Of a stretch of 64,000 bases of DNA, positions 32,818 through 41,453 are shown one piece after another (positions within the stretch are counted from its first letter, which is position 1; each line of letters opens with the position of its first letter). The notes beneath the pieces were generated by a model. The model was given only the letters and a program-made list of their open reading frames with translations, was not told the DNA's origin and made no database searches. Made by a program: the position numbers and the translations under genes. Source of the stretch: Histomonas meleagridis 2922-C6/04-290x (taxonomy: Eukaryota; Protista; Parabasalia); assembly GCA_020184695.1 (NCBI GenBank), contig JAANOX010000243.1, positions 124,001-188,000 of the forward strand. The letters run 5' to 3'.

Positions 32818-34752
32818 ATGACAAAGAACAACTGTTTACTCAACGAAGGAATAATTCAAGTCGGCGAAAAAATATACAAAATCATCGATGGTTCTGATGG
32901 TTATCTCAGTTTATTTTCTGCAACTCTTGATTCAGAATTTTCACCAGTTGAAACAAATGGTGATGTTCCGACAAACAGATATAAGTATGCCTGCATTCCA
33001 AGTGGAAAATCACATTTTCTCCTTCTTGGTGGTGACAGCGAAACAATTAATGAATTTGAAATCTGGAAATTTAATGTTAAAGCAAATGAATGGACGCTTC
33101 TCGAAAACATGTCAGATACTCCCATTAAACGCCGTTATGGGCATTCTGTTGCTTTTTCACCACAAAATCCAAAATCTGTTCTTTATATATTTGGCGGAAT
33201 CCGTGGTATTGAAGTTTGTCATTCTTTAATCATCATCACACTTAATAGCACAGGCTATACATATGAAAACATTGAGCATGGTAAAGGATGGCCATGTCCA
33301 CGATATTTTTCCACGATGATTACCATGCAAAACACAATTTGGGTATTTGGAGGCACAGGCATGAACAGTAACAAGCTTAATGACCTTTGGGAGATGGATC
33401 ATTCAATCTTTGATAGTCAACCTCGATGGATAAATCATCCCGCATTTCCACCAGCACGTGATTGTCATATCTCATGGGCCGAGAAAGGCGATTTATTCAT
33501 AGCCGGCGGCTTTAACGACAAAGGTTTTCCACTTAATGACATTTGGAAATATTCTAAAGATCGTTGGGAACAAACTATGATATTCGAATCAGAGTACCCG
33601 ATTTATCGCAGCACATTTGGTCTCTGTGAAATCTCTAACACATTAACATTAGCCAAAGAACGATCACCTTTTGCTGGTCTTGACATATTATTTAACAAGT
33701 TACGATTAAAGCAACGGGTTTATACTGAGCAATCGATTCAAGACGAAAAAACATTACAAGAACTTCATGAACAATCATTAACATTAAAAACGCAATGCGA
33801 AGCACTTGAACAATATTCTAAAGACAAAAAACGAACGAAAGAAATTGATGACGTTGTTAATATGTTTAGTGAAGAACGACGAAATCAAATACAAACGCAA
33901 ACAAAACAAGTTCGATTACAACTCTCAGCGAATACCAAAGATATTATAAATAATTTACCATCAGCAATTAAAGTCGAATCGATATTAGCTAAGCCTAAAG
34001 TACGAACATTATCAATGATGTTATCCCTTAAGGAAAAACAAGACTCGAAAAGAATGGAAACATTAAAAGCAGAACGAGAAATGGAAATCGAAATATATAA
34101 GTCACAACTTAAACGACTTGAAACGCAATGTAAATATGATATAACGAAACTTCCGAACATTGACACATCGAATTTTTCGACATTTGAAGAATTTTCGGAG
34201 ACATTAAAAGCTAAGGAAAGAGGATATGCATTAACGTTATATTATGGGATGCAATTACGTGAATATCAGCGATTATTATGTGAATCGCAATTATTAAATG
34301 AGAAAATCACAAAAATTGAAAAGAATCAACTCAGATATATCGAAGTTGTGAATCATTTAAGTAAAAAATTAACCAAAAAATTCGCAAAAGTCGCTGCGTT
34401 ACAAGAAGATTTGGATAATTGGAAAAAGTATTTAAGCGACGCAGAAAAAGATTGCGAACAAGTTAACGCATATTTGGAGGCTTTAAAGGAATACTTAGAC
34501 AACCCACAGCAACTTAAAAGTAAAGTCGAAGTGGCAAAGAAACAAAACGCACAGCTACAAGAACAGCTGCAACAAGAGTTGTCGGATATCGTGGTAAATA
34601 AGAAAGAGGTGATAAAGCAAATGTTTAAGGCAACACAGGAATTGAGCGAACAAATTAAAAGTCAGACGTCAGATGAAGCTCATAGCGCTATTGTGGAAGC
34701 GCTGCCTTCGCTGAATTATTATTTGTCTTATATTGTGTCTGCTACAAATTAA
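32818..34752 (+). CDS. Kelch-repeat protein with a C-terminal coiled coil
   Basis: Repeated GG/W Kelch motifs (FLLLGGD, RRYGHS...LYIFGG, IWVFGG...LNDLW, LFIAGG...LNDIW); heptad-rich C-terminal half. Confidence 0.88.
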   Translation: MTKNNCLLNEGIIQVGEKIYKIIDGSDGYLSLFSATLDSEFSPVETNGDVPTNRYKYACIPSGKSHFLLLGGDSETINEFEIWKFNVKANEWTLLENMSDTPIKRRYGHSVAFSPQNPKSVLYIFGGIRGIEVCHSLIIITLNSTGYTYENIEHGKGWPCPRYFSTMITMQNTIWVFGGTGMNSNKLNDLWEMDHSIFDSQPRWINHPAFPPARDCHISWAEKGDLFIAGGFNDKGFPLNDIWKYSKDRWEQTMIFESEYPIYRSTFGLCEISNTLTLAKERSPFAGLDILFNKLRLKQRVYTEQSIQDEKTLQELHEQSLTLKTQCEALEQYSKDKKRTKEIDDVVNMFSEERRNQIQTQTKQVRLQLSANTKDIINNLPSAIKVESILAKPKVRTLSMMLSLKEKQDSKRMETLKAEREMEIEIYKSQLKRLETQCKYDITKLPNIDTSNFSTFEEFSETLKAKERGYALTLYYGMQLREYQRLLCESQLLNEKITKIEKNQLRYIEVVNHLSKKLTKKFAKVAALQEDLDNWKKYLSDAEKDCEQVNAYLEALKEYLDNPQQLKSKVEVAKKQNAQLQEQLQQELSDIVVNKKEVIKQMFKATQELSEQIKSQTSDEAHSAIVEALPSLNYYLSYIVSATN

Positions 34753-35483
34753 GTAAATTGGTTTAAATATAATTTTTTTATTGTAAAGTTTTTGAGTGAA
34801 TATCATTTCTATTAGGTGAATATGATATTTTGTAAAAATAAACATTTAAGAAAGATATAAAAAATATATAGCAATATATAGCAAAGTTTTCGATTAAATA
34901 ATAATTCTTGTAAAGGCAATTGTTTTTGTAATTGGTATAATTTATAATTAATAAGAAATAAAATATTATAAAATGATGATGATTGTTATATTGATTAAGG
35001 GAAAACAACATGTTATTTAATCAATATTGCTCTTAATAAAATTGTAAATGTGATGTATTAATTTCAAATTTAAATATATATATGTGTGTGTATATGTATT
35101 AATATTCATTAATACAGCACTTATTATTCCACAATTGTTAAGGAACACTTTTTTAACATTATTTCAAATGTTTTAAATTAATTTACTAAAAATATCAAAA
35201 AAAAACAAACTTCAATTAAATCAAAGATATCTTTAAAAATATTTTAACAATTTACAACTCTTTGATGTAATTGAAAAATATGGTAATATAATGATTTTTT
35301 TCTATATATATACTCTAAATTTTTTTTTAATATATCAAATTTAATTTGTAATTATCTTTTGTGAAAACACATCAAAAAATAACAAGCTCTATTCTAATTT
35401 TACTTTTAAGAATTTTTTTTTCTATTTTTATTTATTTATTATTTTCCATAGAACACCAAATGGAGCATTATATAATAATATAC

Positions 35484-36677
35484 TTAAAATGGGAAACATT
35501 TTATTTCTTTCATTACGTCTCCAACCAAATGGAGGCTTCCAGTCACCAATATTGACGTGGGGTTCATTTGCATTGCTTTTTCGATAGCTTCTTTTAGAGT
35601 TTTTGCGTTATAACAATTATTTTTCATTTTAAAATTTTTATTATAGCGTTCTACATAAATAATTTGTTTCCATTTTCTTTTGAGTAATATTTTCAGTAAT
35701 TCATTTGGATTTCTTTCTTTAGTTGTTGCACATAATAAAACGTCATTTGGACTCTTTTTTGTTTCATACCACTGATTACATTTGGTTATACTATCTGTTG
35801 TATGTGCGCCATCAAGTAACCATTTGATTCCATCTTTGTCATATTCTTGAAACCTTCCGAATATTTTTGCATTTTCAGCACCTTTTATAGGTTCAAACTT
35901 TTTGTAATTCATAGATTTACATAATTCTTTTGCAAGAACTACACCAAGAGTAGTGTTTTCATTAGCACATGGACCTGTTATACCAGTTTTATGATGCCAA
36001 TTTGGTGGAATAGTCGTAAATTTAATTCCTGTTTGTTTGGATAATATGTTGAGAGAATTTTGAAAATGCAATGATTGTGGAACTGAGAAATTTTTCGAAG
36101 ATTTTGTAAAAATCCCAAATTTATTCCATGAAATGGAAAATGGTGTGGAACCAAGAATTTTGGTATGATCAAATTCCAGATGTGTTATCCCTGCAACAGT
36201 GGGCTGAAATATTTTTGTCCAATCAAATCGCCCGCCAATGCCGCATTCAATGACTGCACAATCAATGTTTTTAGTGTTGAATAAAAGTCCAGCAAGAAAA
36301 GTGTGAAGTGCAAAAAAAGGAGGTTTTGACAAATTCAATTTTTCCAGTTTTTCAATGAGCATTTTGTACGTTTGCAAATAAAGTTCTTCACTTATTGGGC
36401 TTCCATTAATCCAAATTCTTTCTCTTGGCGTAACAAGATGTGGAGACGTGAATAATCCAGTCCTTAGTCCACTTTCACGTAAAACTGATTCGGCAACAGC
36501 ACATGTGGATCCTTTGCCTTTTGTTCCTGCAACAATAATTGAAGGGATTGTTATCACTCCTCCAAAGAAAGACTCAGCAAAATGAGAAATACACATGCTT
36601 TTTAATCCAGTAGTTCTGAAGCCGGATGTCATTGGTGCATTTATCAAGGAATGAACCAATTTTTCATATTCATTCAT
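35484..36677 (-). CDS. FPGS: Folylpolyglutamate synthase (FolC/FPGS family)
   Basis: IVAGTKGKGST P-loop, TGLFTSPHL, ECGIGGRFD, LDGAHT and LVTGSLHLVG. First ATG is at 36677. Confidence 0.92.
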   Translation of the reverse strand: MNEYEKLVHSLINAPMTSGFRTTGLKSMCISHFAESFFGGVITIPSIIVAGTKGKGSTCAVAESVLRESGLRTGLFTSPHLVTPRERIWINGSPISEELYLQTYKMLIEKLEKLNLSKPPFFALHTFLAGLLFNTKNIDCAVIECGIGGRFDWTKIFQPTVAGITHLEFDHTKILGSTPFSISWNKFGIFTKSSKNFSVPQSLHFQNSLNILSKQTGIKFTTIPPNWHHKTGITGPCANENTTLGVVLAKELCKSMNYKKFEPIKGAENAKIFGRFQEYDKDGIKWLLDGAHTTDSITKCNQWYETKKSPNDVLLCATTKERNPNELLKILLKRKWKQIIYVERYNKNFKMKNNCYNAKTLKEAIEKAMQMNPTSILVTGSLHLVGDVMKEIKCFPF

Positions 36678-36729
36678 TTCAAATAGCCGCAAAAACGGGG
36701 CGCCCCAAAATAACACACATGAACTTTTA

Positions 36730-38190
36730 TTAAAAATATGTTTTCTTTACAGGTTTTGATTGATGCCCGAGATCAGACAATTCTATATCACCATTATTCC
36801 AACAACCTCTCCTAAGTAAAATCACAATTACAACAATAATTATTGCTATTATCAAAATACAAAAAACTACAATAACAGCAATTGCAGCATCCGAAAGGCC
36901 TGTGGATTCTGGCTGTGTTGAGTTTGTAGAAGATTGAGATGTTTGGGGTGGAGGAGTTTGAGCTGTTGGTGTAGAAGTCAATGGTTGAGGCTGAGAACTC
37001 GATGTTGGGTCCACCAGAATTGGAAACGCAGGTGCCATTTCAAGCATCTGTAAGATTATTGCACCTGTATTCAATGGCAGTGTTGGATAGAAATTTATAT
37101 TTCCATCAAGTGCTGTGCAATATATTGTTCCTCTTTGAGTTGCGGTAAAAGCGTTTGTGTATCTTGATTCAGTGTGACTACATTGAATTACTTTTTGGGT
37201 GTATGTACTTAAATCATTATACAAAACAATGTTGTTGATGAACATTTGGGCTCCAACAGATGAATTTACGTAAAAAAAAGATAAAATTGATGAAGTATCA
37301 ATTTGATTAATACTTACATAATTCATAATCAAATCAAAGTCAGAAACGTAAAGTGAAGATCCTTGTGAAGCCTTACAATCAGAAAACTTAACAGAGTAAA
37401 GAGAAAGAGTTCGTTGAGCGCCTTGTAAATAACCGCTAAAATAAACGGCCCCACCACATGATTCCGTTAAATTACTAATTGTGCAACGTTGAAAGCTTGT
37501 GTAATTGATATTCATTTCTAAAACAGTAGAATAAACAGCACCACCCTTTCCTGTTGTACTTATTTGACAATTTGAAAAATGGGATCCTTCTAAATTTAAA
37601 GAACCTGAGGTTTGACAATAAATAGCACCTCCTAAAGATTCACTAGTTGTTGGAGCTTGTGTGTTTACCCTTGTTAAACATGATGTGAAATTAGTTTTAG
37701 TTATAATCACATCAGAGTTGGATGTAATATAAAGAGCACCACCATGAAGAAAAGAAGAGCAATCAGTGAAGTTGCAAAGTTCGGCAGAGAAATAAGTGTT
37801 TTCTAGTGATGAGGAATCAGCAACAATTTTTATTGCGCCACCAGATGGATTTACTTCACTTGATGAGCAAGAACATGATATAAATGTACATGAATAAAGA
37901 TTGAAACAAGGACCAGTTAAATGTACATTGTTGTAATTATAATTAATTGTTTGACTGCATTGAGATACCGATTCAAAAAGAATTGGTGTTGATACAAAAT
38001 GTTTAAAAAACGAATAGCTTAAATCAAGCTTTTTTAATGAATTTGCAAAGAATGCATTCCCAAAAAAATTTGTAAGATACAAATTTTTAAATATGTATGT
38101 ATTATAATTATACCTGAGTGTACTTGAAAATAATGGTGATGGGTTTGTAGAAGCAGAAATTGCTAGAGATGTGAGAATAGTTAGATTCAT
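36730..38190 (-). CDS. Pmp-like (polymorphic membrane protein) surface adhesin
   Basis: Signal peptide, repeated FxxC...GGA[ILV] motifs, Ser/Thr/Pro stalk, single TM segment and short cytoplasmic tail. Confidence 0.85.
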   Translation of the reverse strand: MNLTILTSLAISASTNPSPLFSSTLRYNYNTYIFKNLYLTNFFGNAFFANSLKKLDLSYSFFKHFVSTPILFESVSQCSQTINYNYNNVHLTGPCFNLYSCTFISCSCSSSEVNPSGGAIKIVADSSSLENTYFSAELCNFTDCSSFLHGGALYITSNSDVIITKTNFTSCLTRVNTQAPTTSESLGGAIYCQTSGSLNLEGSHFSNCQISTTGKGGAVYSTVLEMNINYTSFQRCTISNLTESCGGAVYFSGYLQGAQRTLSLYSVKFSDCKASQGSSLYVSDFDLIMNYVSINQIDTSSILSFFYVNSSVGAQMFINNIVLYNDLSTYTQKVIQCSHTESRYTNAFTATQRGTIYCTALDGNINFYPTLPLNTGAIILQMLEMAPAFPILVDPTSSSQPQPLTSTPTAQTPPPQTSQSSTNSTQPESTGLSDAAIAVIVVFCILIIAIIIVVIVILLRRGCWNNGDIELSDLGHQSKPVKKTYF

Positions 38191-38233
38191 AATCTGGATG
38201 AATTTTTAAACGTACTTCATATGAATTTTTCTG

Positions 38234-39064
38234 ATGATGCAAATTCCTAATGTTCGCAATATTCATGATTTTGAAGGTAAATTAAAGGTGTTATCAGAAT
38301 GGTGTAAAGGCAATGAAGAAAAAAGTAATTATCTTGGATTATATAAACTTCCAAATAATGATTACTTAGTTGATATTGGAAAGTTATCTGCTCATTTTTC
38401 TGTAAAGGAACGTTCCCTTACGAGCTACTTTACACGTGCTGGATATAGACAAACTAAATTTCAAAAAAGTGAAAAATGTGCTTTATTTACAAAACAAAAA
38501 AAAGACACAATTATTTCATTACACAACGCAATACAGCCAGAAGTTCCACTAAAAGAAGAAGAAATTCCTATGTTACTTCATTGGGAAAGATTTAGTAATT
38601 TGAATCCAGAAAAAACTGTTCAAGATTTTATACTTTTTTGTGGTTCAAAAAAGAGTGGTTGGATTAAAACTCAACATTTAATTTCATTCCTCATTAATTC
38701 TGATGTCCTTGATGTTCACTCATATTGTTTTATTTACACCCATTTTGGGCCGATACAGTCCATACCATTCAAAATTTCAATGATGTTCTCATCCGTTTTG
38801 ACTCGTGGATGGCGGTTTAACGGCGGTTATAAAACGGTTAATCTGGAAGAAAACGGTTTGTTTGAATTCAGAGACGAAAACTTTCAAATTCGTTTTCAGA
38901 ACGATTGCGAAAGAAAACATGGTGATAGATGGCTATTTAATGAAGAAGGGAAACACTTTGACATAAATGATATCTTTGAACGCTTTTTCCCACAATATGA
39001 ACAATCCAATTATTTGTTAAGGGAATCAATTGAAGATTTATTTCCATCAATTTTCACCACTTAA
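38234..39064 (+). CDS. Divergent IBP39-like protein (IBD-like N-domain plus C-domain)
   Basis: LGLYKLPNNDYLVDIGKLSAHFSVKERSLTSYFTRAGY aligns by eye with the IBD core; FIYTHFGPIQSIPFKI...GWRF resembles the IBP39 C-domain. Confidence 0.6.
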   Translation: MMQIPNVRNIHDFEGKLKVLSEWCKGNEEKSNYLGLYKLPNNDYLVDIGKLSAHFSVKERSLTSYFTRAGYRQTKFQKSEKCALFTKQKKDTIISLHNAIQPEVPLKEEEIPMLLHWERFSNLNPEKTVQDFILFCGSKKSGWIKTQHLISFLINSDVLDVHSYCFIYTHFGPIQSIPFKISMMFSSVLTRGWRFNGGYKTVNLEENGLFEFRDENFQIRFQNDCERKHGDRWLFNEEGKHFDINDIFERFFPQYEQSNYLLRESIEDLFPSIFTT

Positions 39065-40360
39065 AAGAGACAAATAATGGTTACATAATTCTATGACATT
39101 TTCTGGTGCATCTTCTGTGGTTGTTATATTGACAACTGGATCATAAACATCGTCCAACTTTTGCTGTAAAGTACTCAAATCACCAAATTTTGTTAAATAA
39201 AACTGAACAATTTCGATCATTCCTTTTAAGCAAATTATTTGTAAATCTCCATCACACATTAAAGAATCTGTGTAGAGGTCAAAAACTATTTCGTTATTTT
39301 CTAAATTTTCATCTATGATATAATATTTTTCTACAAAAAAAATTCCAATTTCTTTCACTTCGAAAATATGTGTTTTAATAATATCAATTAAATCGATTAT
39401 CGTTTGATTTGGTATTTTTCCTCTCCAAAATTCACTAAAATGGACTAAACAAGCAAAAGTATGTATATGCCACTTATAATCATAAAATTCATATTGTGCA
39501 AATTCAATTAATTTATCCAAAATATTCGGAGGTGTCATTAAATATTTACATACTTTTAATGCTTTTGTTAAGCGTTTCGGATTAGTAGGTGAAAGAAATG
39601 TTCGAACAACATTATAAAATGTCGTTAAATCAATTGCTTCATATTGGATATCTTGGCGTTGAAATAATATGAATAAACAATTCATCCCCGTGCAATGAAT
39701 AATTTCATCTGATGTAAATGTTAATAGTTTTTGGATTTGATGATTTATGAAATCAATAAAATCAATTGGCAAATAGCGTAATGAACATTGGAAAGCAAAT
39801 GAACCAGAAGTGGAAAATAGATTTTGTTCAATTATGTTTAATATCCCGTGATTAACATAAAATTCAAGAGAGATCTGTGATTCAAGGATAATATTTCCGA
39901 TAAGTTTTAATGTCGATTCTTTAAGCTTTGATTGCATATCATTAAGGTTGTTAAGTAATGCTTCCAAAAATTGTTCTTTAAAAATATTCTCGTAAATTTC
40001 TGGATGAGATTCAATAGAACCATGTAAGATACTATGATATAATATATCTATGCATTCTATTTTGTTTCGTAGTGAAACATCAGGAGATATAATTAAAAAG
40101 ATAATTTCATTGATAGGCAAAAAAATTTTTTCAGAATCATTTTGATTTTCGTAATCAGAACAATATATAAGGTTCCAATTAATTTTTTGCAGGATGGAAA
40201 ATAATTCATCTTCAGTTTTATTAGATATTTCGAAATTTGAAATTAATTGACTTAAAGGTGGAGAACCTTTAATTTCTTTTGAATCAGTAGAAATATTTGA
40301 TGGGAAAGAGATATAATTTCTTATAGTTTTTGGCTTTTTAATTTCCCCTTTGTATTGCAT
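39047..40360 (-). CDS. ARM/HEAT-repeat-like hypothetical protein
   Basis: 437-aa ATG-initiated ORF with an amphipathic helical pattern (e.g. LKESTLKLIGNII); no specific family. Confidence 0.7.
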   Translation of the reverse strand: MQYKGEIKKPKTIRNYISFPSNISTDSKEIKGSPPLSQLISNFEISNKTEDELFSILQKINWNLIYCSDYENQNDSEKIFLPINEIIFLIISPDVSLRNKIECIDILYHSILHGSIESHPEIYENIFKEQFLEALLNNLNDMQSKLKESTLKLIGNIILESQISLEFYVNHGILNIIEQNLFSTSGSFAFQCSLRYLPIDFIDFINHQIQKLLTFTSDEIIHCTGMNCLFILFQRQDIQYEAIDLTTFYNVVRTFLSPTNPKRLTKALKVCKYLMTPPNILDKLIEFAQYEFYDYKWHIHTFACLVHFSEFWRGKIPNQTIIDLIDIIKTHIFEVKEIGIFFVEKYYIIDENLENNEIVFDLYTDSLMCDGDLQIICLKGMIEIVQFYLTKFGDLSTLQQKLDDVYDPVVNITTTEDAPENVIELCNHYLSLLSGEN

Positions 40361-40413
40361 TATGTTTTAGTGAAGATAGAGCTTTAGGGTGCCCTAATTT
40401 GCTGGTCTTGGAA

Positions 40414-41100
40414 ATGAAACAAAACAAATTCAAAAAACAAAAGAAACGCCCACCAACATTAACAGAAAAAGAAAGACTAGAAGGCTCTAAGTTTCGAATT
40501 CTTAATGAAAAATTATACACTACTACAAGTGATAAAGCTAAACAAATGTTTGATGAACACCCAGAATATTTTGATATAATGCATCGTGGGTTTACTAACC
40601 AAGCAACAACATGGCCCATTGTTCCTGTTGATTATGTTATAAAATGGATTCAAACAAATCATCATCCACCTGAAATCATTGCTGACATGGGATGTGGTGA
40701 AGCAAAAATTAGCGCTAGCGTACCAAATAAAGTTTATTCTTTTGATTTTAAAGCTAAAAACGATAAAGTAATAGAATGCGATATGTCACATACTCCTCTT
40801 GAAAACGAAAGTGTCGATGTTGTCGTCTTTGTGCTTTCTCTTATGGGCACTAACTTAGGGGAGTTTATTCAGGAAGCTCGACGAATCATCAAAAAAAGTG
40901 GTCGATTATTAATAATCGAAGTTACTTCTAGAATTGATGACTTGGACACCTTTGTTAAATCAGTTGAGGAGCGTGGATTCCACTTGGCAAGCAAAAAGGA
41001 TTTAACGAATTATTTTGTATGTGTTGAATTTACAGTTTGTGATCCTACAAATATTACAACTGAAATAAAGCTTAAACCATGTATATACAAGCGAAGATAA
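40414..41100 (+). CDS. RRP8: rRNA m1A methyltransferase Rrp8/nucleomethylin
   Basis: FRILNEKLYTTTS, HRGF..Q...WP..PVD, IADMGCGEA, CDMSHTPL and FVLSLMGTN. First ATG is at 40414. Confidence 0.93.
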   Translation: MKQNKFKKQKKRPPTLTEKERLEGSKFRILNEKLYTTTSDKAKQMFDEHPEYFDIMHRGFTNQATTWPIVPVDYVIKWIQTNHHPPEIIADMGCGEAKISASVPNKVYSFDFKAKNDKVIECDMSHTPLENESVDVVVFVLSLMGTNLGEFIQEARRIIKKSGRLLIIEVTSRIDDLDTFVKSVEERGFHLASKKDLTNYFVCVEFTVCDPTNITTEIKLKPCIYKRR

Positions 41101-41453
41101 ATTAAATAAAATATTATAGAGTTAAAAACCTGTTTTATTTCGTTAATTATCAAACTTTAATGTTTTAGTACATAATTTATGATAATATATCATAAACAGA
41201 ATTCTTACAGCATCAGATTTGTCTCATTGTATTTTTCAAATATATTTGTTTTAAATGATTTTAATTCGGCGGTGTATTTTTCAAATAAAATACTTGTCGT
41301 ATAAATTAGAATATTTTTTGTAGTAACAAATATCAAAATAAAAAAATATTTTATTCACAGAATTTTAGAACCAAGTAATACACCAATTAAAAATGTAAAA
41401 AATATGAACATTATTGTTTTAGTAAATTATAACGCTAAAATGTATATTTATAT

